Source: Amoebidium appalachense (taxonomy: Eukaryota; Protista; Ichthyosporea). From it: 64,000 nt of DNA. The position numbers and the translations under genes were made by a program. How positions within the stretch are numbered: position 1 is the first letter of the stretch; each line of letters begins with the position of its first letter. The notes beneath the pieces are model-generated. The model was not told where the DNA came from and made no database searches. It saw only the letters and a program-made list of their open reading frames with translations. Location of the stretch: positions 406,851 to 470,850 of the forward strand of contig CAVNZM010000003.1 in assembly GCA_963693365.1 (NCBI GenBank). Direction: 5' to 3'. Shown in pieces: positions 1 to 32,322 of this stretch.

Positions 1-59
1 TATGCAACTAACCGCATTAGGAACCCGTTGAAGATTACTCAACTACCGCTTTAGTTCAC

Positions 60-18046
<17,987 letters not shown>

Positions 18047-18775
18047 GTTGCCCAAACATGCAACTAGCCTTCCCCCGTAGCACCACCTCAAAAACAACCG
18101 TGTACTAAACCAACTGTAACAAATGCAATAAAAGGGCGATAGAACGATCTCCTGCTGTTCTTTCCTGATTTTGCCCTATGACCCATTCATTCCGCCAGAA
18201 ATCAGCACCATCGACCACGCCTTACAATGCTGAATAACGCTTTGCGTATGTATGTATGATCAGTTCACACACCGTAGTAAACGAGTAAGATGTTGGTCAA
18301 CATGTTAACATCCTCTCGCGACGCGCGCTTGGCCTACCGCTGTGTTTCCACAATTGCAAAGCTTCCACAAAAACTTCGCGAGCCACTACAAGAAATACTG
18401 GGATAGCCTTTTACAGCGGAAATATGCGTAAACCATTTTACAGATACCATTTTCCGATCGAAGGCTCTTTGGGATCGTTGGGAACGAAAATGAATCGACC
18501 TGCTATTGTTGGAAATCATTTTGGGGTTTACGCTGTTTACTCGAGGCAAAGAGAACCAGTCTCAGGTATGGGGGGGGGGGGTTTGCTCGGAATATCCCCT
18601 CAGCGGTATATCATGATCACGTACATAGATGTCGGGTGGTGACTATATATCAGGGTTTACTTTCTCTACGAGACACCATAAAGACTACAAGGAGAATTCA
18701 ATTAGTTGGGGTTCCCCGTTTTTTTTTGTTTTTTTTTTTAAAGGGGCTCCCCTCGGGGTACTCGGTATCAGCTGG

Positions 18776-18854
<79 letters not shown>

Positions 18855-18858
18855 TGCG

Positions 18859-21427
18859 CTATAATTTTGTAGTGATGTGTTTCTCAAGCCAATCAATACA
18901 TCTAATAAACAGGTCGTAGTTACGCGTGTTTAGTATAAAATCAAGGATGTTGTAATTTACAGGTAGGCTATCTTTCTGGGTGTCTGTTGTGAATGTGACG
19001 TGTGTGTGTTGCGGTATTATGTGGTCTATCAAACTACATTTGGCGATACATGACCGGTTAAACTGGTGTGTGTGTGTGTTGTTTGGGCATGCAAATGATG
19101 CCACCTTATACTTATTAGATCTCCACTGTATAGCACGTGTACAGTAAAAGCGTGGTAATTGATCAATAATACCATCAGCTAGAGAAAGACCAGTTCTACA
19201 GGAAGGTAATATGTATTTAGGTGTTATACACTTGCGAGTGCCATATTTGGCAATATGGTTGAGGCGGTCAGTATATATAAAACGAGACATAAGGCTTAGT
19301 TTTTCAAGGTGTATGCTTTCATCGGGTCTAGTGTCGTGTGGTATCTTTTTCCATTTGTTATATTGCGTGATTATCTTGTGATTGTGTACATGTTTAATAA
19401 GTAAGTGGCAGTCCAAAGTCACACACACACTATTGCGGGGTTTATTTGTATTTGTGCCCAGGGGAGAAGGGGAGAGAGAGGGGAGGAAAGAGGGGAGAGG
19501 TGAGGAGGGGACAGGTCGGATAGAGAAGAGAGGGTGGGAGGGCAAATACTTCTTTAAGCGGCTTATGTGCTTATTGAATTTCAGCGCGAGATAGGATACT
19601 CTAGCAGCTATTGGGACCAGACCATATATCGAGAGCGTTACAGGCCCAGGTTTACAACAGTTGTTAGATAGAAAGGAGGCAACTTCTGCTTCAAGGAAAT
19701 TTGCCAGGGGTTTAAGCGCTCTAGTTCTCTCTTTCTTGATCCAAGCGGCGAGAAGGGGTAAACCATATTCACATGCCGGGAAGACAAAAGTGCGAATAAA
19801 TGTAAGTCTAATAGAAGGATGGGCGGGTGTGTCTTTAAAAATATTAGCCGAGAAGAAAGCTAACCGCTTACGAGCCAACTCTACCCTCTTTTCGACCATA
19901 TGGGGGAACATAACACCAACAGAATCAACCGGAACACCAAGATATTTGTATTCTGGAACTATAGGTACAGGTTTAGATGATAATGTAAATGTGTGTAAAT
20001 TGTTAGCTATATCAGGTACAAGAACACCACATTTGTCTATGTTAAGGATCATAAGGTTTGCCTTGCACCACTCTGACACTACATCGAACAATCTTTGCAG
20101 GCGTCTAGGGGTACGGGCAAGGAGGGACAGATCATCAGCATAGAGAAGTGCAGGCGGAAAGTTATTAATAGGGTCATCGTTTTCGGCGTAAATCTTGACA
20201 GCCAAATCATCTATAAATAGGTTAAACAAAAAGGGGCTAAGCAATGAACCCTGCAAGAGACCTCTAGTACGAGCAAAACCATATGAAAGATGCCCATTAA
20301 CCACAGCTCTACCATAGGTTTGAGACAAGAGTGCTTCTAACAGAACACCAATGCAGTGTGGTACACCCCGTGCAGCAAGCTTTTCCCATAGGAGACCAGG
20401 GGAGACAGAATCGTAAGCAGTTTTCCAATCAATAAAGCCAACATATTGTGCACCAACTTGCATAGAATCGTGCAGTGCCATTATTTGAACATAACATGAA
20501 TTGTTTTTACGAAAAGCGGATTGGCATGGGTGTATGTGAAGAATAGATTGAAACCTAGGGTGATGTGCAAATAACCTAAGTAAGCAAGCTTCAAAGAATC
20601 TACGAACAACCTGGGTTAGTGTAATGGGGCGAAAGGATGATATGGGGCCCTCAGAGTCCTTCTTAACTATGGGGATCACTAAGGTATCTAACCAAGATGA
20701 CGGGACATGTCCACATTTAACACACCAAGAAAAGAGAGAGCTTAACATGATAGTAAGATCAGGTTTAATAGCACGATCACTTTCCTTTTGTGGGTAGGAG
20801 GGAACAAGGATTTTAAGAAACCCAGCAGGGAGTCCATCAGGTCCACAAGACTTACTAGAGCTATAACTAGATATCACAGACCATATGGCATCGGGACTGA
20901 AAAAGGGGAGGATCGATTCTATGGGGATAGATGGGTCTACAGGCCACACAATAGGTTTCTGAGCGGGGGTCCTATCTTTAAACAGTTCCGAGAAATACTT
21001 ATCAGAGTCTATGAGGGGGTCTCCAGTGGTATCACCAATAATACGAGCAGGGGGGCCAAATCGATTCATACTAGCAAGCCGGCGCAAGCTTTCCTTTTGA
21101 GACAGGGGTTCACCTAGTCTAGCGGGAGTGGTGTTTGGTAACAAGAGAGCATCGGGATATTCCTTCCTACCACCGCCAGCATAATCACCGAGATCTATCA
21201 AATCATCAACAATAAAGTTAGTGCATGTATCTAGTACGAGATGTGAATCTGGCCTGGCTTGTGCAGATTCTAATAGGCGCATATATATAGGGTGTTTCGT
21301 AGCATAGCATACACATACATCAACTCTACCCCACTGTGACTTAAGCTGGGATAGACGGAGGCGAAAGGTGGGAGGAGGAGGGGGGAGCAGATCAAGGGAG
21401 ATCTTAGGTAGGAAAAGGATAGGAGAG
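18859..21427 (-). mobile_element. Non-LTR retrotransposon ORF (RT plus C-terminal domain), open frame, no APE or REL endonuclease recognisable
   Basis: RT motifs KSCGPDG, VIPIVKK, FRPITL, QSAFR, FIDWKTAYDSV, GLLQGSLLSPFLFN, YADD, KYLG; C-terminal AIQWR..CP..FNRSC..C and ILDFILN; stop TAG at 18861-18859 abuts a (CA)n tract. The first ~63 aa of the listed 919-aa ORF are read-through of the upstream module. Confidence 0.92.
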
Positions 21428-22005
21428 TCTTTTGACTCGGGTTTATTGATCCGTACGCGTTGATGAAGGCAACGTACAGCCACAGGCTCTATAACCACCA
21501 ATAGAACTGAAAAAGCCAATTGCAAAGCTACGAAATAAAAATAAAGCGACAAGTGACAAAGGACACCAGCGGGCAAAACCTTAAGTGTACGTGTATGCGT
21601 GAAACTAGTTTGCTCCAACTAGTCGTATGCATCGATGTTGACCAGACCACACTCCGCAAGAAGACATCATTACTGCTCCTTCCCAACAGGCCCCCCTCAA
21701 AACCTATCGGGGCACAGCAAGCTGTTCAGCCTCTAAAAGAGCAATGCAGACCAATTCTGAGCTAAAAAACAATCCCAACGGGCCCGACCCCTAGATAACC
21801 CGGAGAAACTGCATCTAGCTCTCTGATAAGGTGGCCTAGCTGTGGCAGGACACACAGAAAAACACAATTACAGAATGCATGCAAGCAAACCCGGTCATTG
21901 CCATACGTCTGGAGGCTAAGGACTGGCAGTCACTTGGAAAGCTCCCCGACGACCAAATAGCCGCCCCTCCACTCACGCAGCGCAGAAGTAGCTGAAGAAG
22001 TTGCA
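21428..22005 (-). mobile_element. ~575-bp non-coding module directly 5' of the RT ORF (copy A)
   Basis: Collinear end-to-end with 28033-28613; AATAAA near its minus-strand 3' end; no TSD found. Confidence 0.8.
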
Positions 22006-22463
22006 GCAGCCCACCGCCAATAGGTCGCGTAGATGGAAATCATTGTCCCTTGAATTGACAAGAGCAGTGGGTTTTTTATCTTTTTAGTACAGAGTTTTTA
22101 TCTAAGAGGTGTGAGAGGTGCGGTGGGATGATGTAGAGCTTTAGCTGGGCCTGTTTTCTTCAACGTACAGGTAACAGTGGTAAAACAGTGGTAAGACGTA
22201 GCTTGTTCGCAGGTCATATATCAGCTGCACAGTGCCCTTGGATATGTGTGCTACAAATCATGAATTCGAAATACATAGGTATACAGGTACCACATCAGTT
22301 CATTATGTCCCCGTGCATGGAATCAAAGCTAGCATGATAGTCCTCGGGCATGCGCACCAGCAGGCGGCATGCAGTGAGGATGGGATGGAAAAAGCCGCGT
22401 GACTGCGTGCGGAGTGGGCAGGTGAGGGTGGTGGTGGTTGTGGTGGTGTGCGTGTGTGTGTGT

Positions 22464-22504
<41 letters not shown>

Positions 22505-22775
22505 CAATGAGGAACGTCACTATAGGAAGCACTATTACATAGGGTTAGGGTTTAGGGTTGCACACGGTGCAGAACAACTCAATATATCAGACCCTGTAAC
22601 GGTCCTCAGCGGGGACCCAGTGGCATTATATTCACGAGCTTGGATCCCTTCTAATAGGCTCCAAGGGGAGGGAAGGGGAGGGGGTGGGGGGGGGGGGGGG
22701 GGGGGGGGCTTCTGTGTGGAGCATGTGAGCTGTATGGGGGACTCGGAGCGGGAGGGTCACGGCAAAGGGGGAGAA

Positions 22776-22807
<32 letters not shown>

Positions 22808-23155
22808 ACAGTAAACCGAAACCCAGGGTAACTGGAATGACTTTTGTTGACATATTGGCCGTGCACCAGCCAGGGTGGCACGACCTTCCTAGCCCGGCCA
22901 TACATATGACCATGACTCAGATTTTAAAGTTCTATGTTCATTGGTTCGAGCCAGGATACTATACTATATAGAGAACCCGAAGGAAGGGGGAAAAAAGAAG
23001 AAAGAAAATGACAAGAAGGAAGCCAGAAGGAGATAAAAGAGAGAAAGAGAGACAGAAGAAGAGAGATTAGGAAGAGAAAACAAAGCTACCACCTATTCAA
23101 AAACAAAACTACCACCTATTCACATGAATAATACAGTAAGTTTTAAGATAAAAAT

Positions 23156-24475
<1,320 letters not shown>

Positions 24476-24498
24476 TTTGGCGTTTGGGGAACCGAAAA

Positions 24499-25030
24499 CT
24501 GTGAAGTAGAGCCTACGTAAGTAATTGAACAGCAGATGTGACTTTTGAGCTTTTGGGATGGAGATGGGGGAAGAGATCAGAAGGGAGAAGAGATGATAGG
24601 AGAAGAGTAAAAGGGAAACAAAGCTGAAAGCTATCTGGAATAAAGCAATTCGAGGGCAAGTGGTTGAGAAAGGGGGAAAAGGAAGGAGGAAGGAGGGGGG
24701 GAGGGGGAGGGGGGGGGGGGGGGGAGAAGGGCGAGGGGGGGGGGGGGGGGGGGGGGGGGAGGGGGAGGAGAGGGACCGTCTGCATTAGGGAAACGGGTGG
24801 TCGGTGGTACGGAGATCGCGAGGGCGGAGTTACACTAAGAAGTGTTATCTCAGTGACCAACGAAGTTAGGCAGGCAGAGAGAGGTTGCAAGGGTAGGGAG
24901 AGGCAGCCATGCAAAAGCCAAGGTTTTTGCAGCAGACGATTTCGGTGCGTGTCTGAGTTGCTCGCTATGTGTTTGAGGTTGTGCTGAACTTTTCCACTAG
25001 CATGATGAGAAGGGTAAAAGAAAAACTCAC
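24499..25030 (-). other. Probable 5'-UTR intron of TPI
   Basis: Strong donor CG|GTGAGT at 25030; acceptor candidates ttcacag (24499) or cgtag (~24513) just upstream of the ATG. Confidence 0.4.
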
Positions 25031-26269
25031 CGGTTACTGAAAGGGTTGAGGTGTGGAAGTGAAGGCGAAAGAAAAAAGGATTCTGAGGGGCATGGTGACT
25101 CAACAGCCAAATATAAGGGCCAGTTTCTTACCATACATGGTATGTGTTGCTACAACCAATAATATGCTTTGAAAAACATGACCATCGTATTTTGCTGATA
25201 TGTAGCGAATCAGATTGTGCTGTTGAAGGCAGTGAAAAGGATCATCGATGCCATGAATGTTCGGCGGCTCTTTTCCATGCATTTTCAAAGTTTTCCGGTT
25301 TTTACTTTTCTATGCCTATAATTTACTCAAAATATTTTTAATTAAACAAAATATTCTTTTCGCCGCGGAGGCAGTCGCAAAGCCTCGGAGGCTCGAGGGA
25401 CTCGGGCCGAAAACGCTCCGTTTTAGTTACTAAATATGGCAACATGTTTCAGGTGCACCAATCATAACGTCTATAATTACATCCAATCACAATCTTCATT
25501 TTGTCTTGAGCTAATCAGCGACCGGCACCTACATCTCACTTTCGCCGCCTTCTCCGCACAGAAACTTTTCAGAAAAGAAACTGACGGAGTACGGAGGCAC
25601 TTCTCGTTCAGGCGCCGCTTCTGTGCAGTCGGTCTTTCTGTGTCCTGAATCTGTTTTCTTCAATGGTTTAGCAACACAAAAGGCAAGGTCAGCGTTTATT
25701 TAGTGCCGATAGGGGGTCTTTGTCGGCTTAGGTGGGTGACTGCGAAATTTTTTGCCTGTGTGGGCTGTGTGCTGCCTACACACACACACACCTGTACACA
25801 CACAAGCCTCCCCTTCCCGCATGACTACCCTATCCCGACTCACCATCCCTTCAGCATTCAACCCCTCCCCCCCCCTCCTCCCCGCCCCCCCATTCCTCCT
25901 CCTTTCTTTGTTTGGCCCTCCCCTCTCACCCTCCCTTTCCCTTGCCCCTTCTCCTCCCTCGCTTGCTCCCTTCATCCCCCACCCCCCCCTCCCCCCCTCC
26001 TCCGGCCAGCTCCCCCTCCCCCCTCCCCCTCCCCCCCCCCCCCCCCGTTCCCTATCCCCCCGCCACATATTCTTGGGTTCTCAACTCACCGCTCATGGTC
26101 GTAAAGGTGTGGGTGTGTATGTGGGTGTTTATTTGGGGTGGGGGGGGAGGGATGACGGGGGGTTGTTGGTGGTGTGTGCCCCGGGGCGGTGGGGTGGGGA
26201 GGGGGGGGGGGAAGGGGGGTGGGGAGGGGGGGGGGGGAACAAGATGCTTGGGTGTTGTATGGGTGTCCT

Positions 26270-26700
26270 TGTGTCCTGGGTTTAGTTATTTCAATAGTGC
26301 ATTAGTATGGTGTGGGGTATCTTATGTAATTTGTAGCGCGTGAGAATATTTATAGCTGTATTCCATGGCCCAGTAAATGATTCCTGTTGTCTTGGTACCT
26401 CGCCCCGGAGTGTAGCCGTCTAGTCTAGCTTGGGCTATTGGTAAACTAATTGTGAACTAGCTATGCTTGTATGTGGGCTATTGTTAACCATCATAACGTC
26501 CATATAAGTTAGGATCTAATCTAATTAGCTGGATAAGAGTGTCTACATCTTGGGTAAGCTGCTCCTCTGACCAATATTGAACAAATAAAGCACTCATGCA
26601 GTACCAGCGTACCTTTGACTTGCATTCCCCGACTATTGTGAGGTTGGGCGAAAGGGTGTGATGTACGAGGCACCAGAAGAACGGACAAAACGGGGTTTGA
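26270..26700 (-). pseudogene. Highly degenerate coding remnant, possibly a Gypsy integrase N-terminal region
   Basis: Stop-riddled translation ..GYTPGRGTKTTGIIYWAM..KY..ALQ..PHHTNALLK*LNP loosely resembles the integrase zinc-finger segment. Confidence 0.3.
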
Positions 26701-26713
26701 ACGGGTGTGGGTC

Positions 26714-26762
<49 letters not shown>

Positions 26763-27125
26763 AACCGGGGGGAGGGGAAGGAGGGAGAAGGGAGGCAAAG
26801 TAAATCTGGTTAGGCTTATAGCAGGTGGTCTAGACACCTTCGAACTGTGAGGTGAAAATGGTAGGTCGAGGGGGGGGGGGGGGGGGGGGGCACCGGGGTT
26901 GCTGAGTACTAGGGCAGTGGTTGAGGTGGTCCACCCCCTAGCCCGAATGGGCACTCGGACGATACGGTACACGCTTTTTAGGTGCTACTCTCTGGGGTGT
27001 ACCAAAATTTGTGGACATGATTTCTGGTTTTCTGTATCCTTCTCCCATACATAATCTCCCCCCCCCCCCCAAAAAAAAAAAAAAAAAAAAAAAAAAACCA
27101 CCACCACCACCACCACCACACGCAG

Positions 27126-27189
<64 letters not shown>

Positions 27190-27255
27190 TCGGCATGGAC
27201 AGGCGCGCACACCACCCAGTTCTCAAGTCACTTCCCGTTACGTGGCACTGCACTG

Positions 27256-27295
<40 letters not shown>

Positions 27296-27543
27296 TTCAT
27301 TCATACACTATAATACAGCATACATAGTTGTGTGGGTACTAGTAGTCCCCGATATAAATTCTGTACATAGTTGTGTTTGAATAGCTCCATTAAGGTTCCT
27401 TTCTTGCACCCAAAGGTCATTTTAGTGCACCCATCTTGCCGGAGCACTTCTGGTGTGGTTAACTTGGAGGCAGTCCCTTGTCTTTTTTTTTTTTTTTTTT
27501 TTTTGAGGGAAAGGGGAAGGGCGGGGCTTGGGGGGGGGGGGGA

Positions 27544-27753
27544 GGGGCTGAGGCCCCGACGTTATTATAGTGATCTGTGTTTGGATGTTGGTTTTCGAAG
27601 AAATATATTTTTCTTTGAGCCCCTCTTTGAGCCCCTCGACTGTGTTGGCAAGAAACGAATTTCAAACATCAACTCCGTTCCAACTGAAACATATGGAACA
27701 TGGCCGCGATCATTATACACAGATCACTATAATAACGTCGGGGCCTCAGCCCC
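27544..27753. mobile_element. Fold-back/MITE with perfect 37-bp inverted repeats merging into G and C tracts
   Basis: GGGGCTGAGGCCCCGACGTTATTATAGTGATCTGTGT (27544-27580) and its reverse complement (27717-27753). Confidence 0.8.
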
Positions 27754-28032
27754 CCCCCCCCCCCCCCCTTTTCCGCCCCTCCGGATCCCCCCTTCCCCCC
27801 TCCCCCTTACCCCCTCCTCCCAACTCCCCCCAAACCCCCTTTCATCCCCCCCCCCCTCCCCAACCACCGCCTTCACCACCACACACTGCACACACCACCC
27901 CGGGCTTTCTCTCTCGTGCTTGGCCCCATCGTCTCCATATTTTCCGAGGAAAAGACAATAAACCTAACCCCCCCCCCCCCCCCCAACACGATTCCACTCT
28001 TTCACTCGTACCGTCAAATTCGTCTTCCCCCT

Positions 28033-28613
28033 TCTCTTGACTGGGATTTATTGATCAGTGGTGCAGTGGATATGGAGGCAACGTGCAGCCACAGGCTACA
28101 TGACCACCAAAATAACCGACTTCGAAAGAGCCACAGCGATGAAATAAAAAATACAACAACAAGTGACCAAGGGACACCAGCGGGCAAAGGTACAAGCGTA
28201 CGTGTATGCGTGAAACTAGTTTGCTCCAACTAGTCATATGCCGATATGTTGACCAGACCACACTCCGCAAGAAGACATCATTACTGCTGCCCCCCAACAG
28301 GCCCCCCTCAAAACCTACCGGCGCACAGCAAGCAAGTCAGCCCCTTAAAGAGCAATGCAGATCAAATCCGAGCGAGAAAACAATCCCCACGGGCCCGTCC
28401 CCTAGAAAACCCGCAGAAGCTGTCTCTAACTCTTTGATAAGGTGGCCTAGTTGTGGCAGGACACACAGGAAAACACAACTACAGAATGCATGCAAGCAAA
28501 CCCAGTCATTGCCATGCTGAAGGCTGAAAACACGGCAGCCACAAGGAAAGCTCCTCGATGACCCAGTAGCTACCCCTCCACTCACGCAGTGCAGAAGCAG
28601 TTGAATTAGTTGC
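28033..28613 (-). mobile_element. Stand-alone copy (B) of the ~575-bp module
   Basis: Long identical blocks with 21428-22005, e.g. cgtgtatgcgtgaaactagtttgctccaactagtc and gaccagaccacactccgcaagaagacatcattactgct; no RT sequence follows. Confidence 0.82.
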
Positions 28614-28659
28614 CCCCTTCCTTCGTTTCCCCCCCAGGGCCCCTGCCCCCCACCCACCC

Positions 28660-28698
<39 letters not shown>

Positions 28699-29209
28699 AA
28701 ATAGAAAAAATAAAAAAAATAACCCAGGTCTCTCAGACGATACTGTGACGAATTCTGCAGCTGCCACGGCGTATACACTACACACAGTGCATGGTAAGTC
28801 CATAAGATGGTTTGTGAATCCAGGTAAGTGATTGGGGTATGCTACATTGTAGGTTTGCATATGAAATGATGTAAGTCTTCTTATGGGCACACCCGAGGGA
28901 TTTTCGTAATTCATCAGGCAAGGTCACACACACGGTGGGTGCGAGTTGAAAAACGGAGCCGACGGTGATGTCATACGGTAATGATTTTGTTCGTTTACCA
29001 TATATTTGTATGTCATGTGTGTGTGTGCATGTGTGTGCGTGTGCGTGTGCGTGTGCGTGTATGTGTGTGTCTAGACGCGCACGCGCACGGGGGTGTGTGT
29101 GTGCGTTCGTGCCTGTGTGTGTGTGTGTGTATGTGAGTATGTGCGCGCGCGTGCATGCGTACGTGCATGCGTGCGTGTGCGTGTGTGTGTATGTGTGTCT
29201 GTGTGTGTG

Positions 29210-29323
<114 letters not shown>

Positions 29324-29690
29324 ATGCGTGTGTGCCTGTGTGTGTGCCACAGTGCACGCACATGCGCGTGCATGTGTATGTGTGCGCGCACACACATGCA
29401 CTCACACGTGGTCGCATGTGCGCCATGATGTGTCGCGTAATTGTGCTGTTGTGCCCATGTGTTATGTTCGCTCTTACTCGCATTATTCAAGTTGCGTGTT
29501 CAATATCCTAGGAATGACAAAGACCCCGTGAGGAGAAGGGAAACTTGGGGGGGGAGGGGGGGGGGGATCAGGATTCGTGGCAACCTTCACAGCGTTACAA
29601 ACTGTTGGAGGGGGGGGGGGGGGGGGGGGCTGGGGCTGGGGGTGAGTGCGGGGGAAGGGGTACACAAATCGGGGTATCTTTTGGGGAGAA

Positions 29691-29738
<48 letters not shown>

Positions 29739-29770
29739 GCACAATTATTATCAATGCGCGACTACCTTAA

Positions 29771-30334
29771 CTCCTAGCCGTTCGCCGATGCATTTTTGCA
29801 TCATTTTCAAAAATAAATGCACCGGCGACCTTCGAAAATAAATAGCGCCTGACGCATAATAGTCACCACGCTAGGAATTTCTGCCTACCTTAGTATATGT
29901 TTTCTACTTTTCAAAAACCGGGGTCGACTATGTGTTTCAAAGTTTCTCGTGGGTGTTTTGCCTGTGTCTATATTTTCATCGAGCGGCCCCCCAATTTTCG
30001 AAAGCTCGCGGCATGAGGATGCCCGAGATTTACGGATTCCAACCCTGGAATCGATCGGCTGATAAGTGCATCAATCCGATTTGCTAAGATCTTTACGGGG
30101 ATTCATATTACGCAACTGTCTTGAAAGAAACCCCGCCGCGGTTGGCAAAATCGACACAAATCACGTGTTCATAACACGTGCGGACACATAGGAACACGCC
30201 GTTTTTTTTATGGGAAACAAAGAAAGACATATGTACATGTGCTTGGTGCATTTTTGTCCACTTTGGCCGCCTTTAATGATTTTTTCTATTTTTCAAAGCT
30301 GGTCGATTTTGGCCTCCGGGCGAACGGCTCGGGG
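29771..30334. mobile_element. piggyBac-type MITE
   Basis: TTAA|CTCCTAGCCGTTCGCC ... GGCGAACGGCTCGGGG|TTAA; TTAA at 29767-29770 and 30335-30338. Confidence 0.8.
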
Positions 30335-30562
30335 TTAAAGTTTGGTGCCGGGGGGGGGGGGGGGGGGGGAGGGGGGGAGGACACGGGATATGACATCACA
30401 ATTTGGGACAGCTTTTTGGGGGGTTGACGGGGAAGGTGTGTGTGTGTGTGTTTCGGGAAAGGAGGAATGGGCCCATAACAGAGGGATTGTTACGACCAGT
30501 AGCCGCTTTTTGTGCTTTTTCGGGCACGGGGAGGGGGAGGAGGGGGGGGGAGGGGGGGGGGG

Positions 30563-30614
<52 letters not shown>

Positions 30615-30940
30615 GGGGGGGGGGGGGGGAAGGCAAGTAGTTTTTTAGAACTAACTCATATTTCAGGTTCATCTTTTCCCCCTTTTTCTCTTCACTCAGC
30701 TCGTCCCCCCTCTTTATTTTCTTCCCCTGAACTCCAGATTATAGTCAGTGACGAGGGAGGGAGGGTGAGGGGCTTGCACACTTCTGTAAAAATAGATTTA
30801 CTAGTGGAGGAGCAGTGTGTTTACGGTGACCGAAGAGTACCACACAACAAGAACCCTATCATTAGGTGCTGGGGATTGTTTGGGGGAGAGGGAAGGGGTT
30901 GGTGGGGGACATGGGCGGAGGCCCTAGAACATGGTGGGGT

Positions 30941-30983
<43 letters not shown>

Positions 30984-31099
30984 TCGGGAGGGCTTTTTCT
31001 TTTTCTTTCTTTTCTTTTCTTCTTTTTTTCTTTTTGTTTTTTTTTGGGGGGGGGGAGGGGGGAAGGGGGTAGGAGGGGGGGAGGGGATTGCTTCCTCTC

Positions 31100-31390
31100 T
31101 TCCTCAATATATCCGTTTTAAGATGACTATCCTAGATCACCTTATTAATGCTGCACAGTATGATATTGTGATCCGGTGCCTTAACTTTCTGTCGGAGCTA
31201 CCGATGCTAGCATCTGCTTACCCATAATATATAATAGGGGTGTCATATACTACGATGGCGCTCATTGTTGCCTAGCATGTACATATGTCACTGGCTGCAT
31301 TTGATTGGCTGTGCTGGAAAACGCAGTAGGCCGTCGAATGTGGCTGGGCCTCCGGCAATGTCCACGCAATAAAAAGTGTGTAAACCCCCC
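31100..31390 (+). mobile_element. 3' fragment of a diverged relative of the non-LTR element (C-terminus plus 3' UTR)
   Basis: TILDHLINAAQYDIVIRCLNFL aligns with NILDFILNTRNYDLFIRCIDWL; stop at 31227, AATAAA near 31368, ends at C6. Confidence 0.65.
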
Positions 31391-31832
31391 AATTCAGTAT
31401 AGTTTGAAATTCATTACAGATCTCGGGTGGGGATAGGGGTTATTACAGCCACTGTAACCTGGCAGGGATAGGAGAAGGGGAAGGGCAGCAATAGTACATA
31501 TAGACTGCGGGGGAAATTCAATGAAGGGGGGAGGGGAGGTGGAGAAGGAGGAGGGGGGGGGGGGGGGGGGGGGGGAGAGGGGGGGGGGGGGGGGGGGGGG
31601 GGGCGTCATGATAGGTGGAACGGATACTCGGATAGAAAGCTTTGGGCAGAGGGTGGGCCCTGGAGGCCGGGGGTTGGGGGAGGGGGGGGGGGGGGGGGGG
31701 GGGAGGGGGGAGGGAGAGAGAGTGTGTTTGTCTGTTGGGGGGGTGTGGGGGGCGGGGGTGGGGGGAGGGAGGGGGGAGTGTGTGTGTGTGTGTTGGGGGA
31801 GGGGGGGGGGGTGAGGAGAGAGAGAGAGAAAT

Positions 31833-31864
<32 letters not shown>

Positions 31865-32146
31865 GGGGTACTCACACAGAATTCCACGCATGCGCGCGTG
31901 TCGAGAGTGCATGCTACGTAGTACGCACATGAAAGCACACGCGCAACGGGTACAAAACCTGCACCGCGTGCAGAGCTATGATGGAATATTTGAGGTTACA
32001 CCCACACACACACAAGGCGTTGTGTAGCACACACGTGCCAGTACACACGCACACACATGCATACACAGGCACGGCGTGACCCCGCCTCCCCCTCTCCCCC
32101 CCCCCCTCTTCCACATACGATCCAATGCATACACACACACCCTCGC

Positions 32147-32322
<176 letters not shown>

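Noticed and set aside
21428-21618. Hydrophobic N-terminus of the 919-aa RT ORF as a membrane anchor
   Set aside because: It starts at a non-ATG codon inside the repeated module, whose second copy diverges with indels and stops soon after; likely non-coding read-through.
22540-22559. Interstitial telomeric repeat (TAGGGTTAGGGTTTAGGGTT)
   Set aside because: Only about three imperfect units; not enough to infer a telomere-related event.
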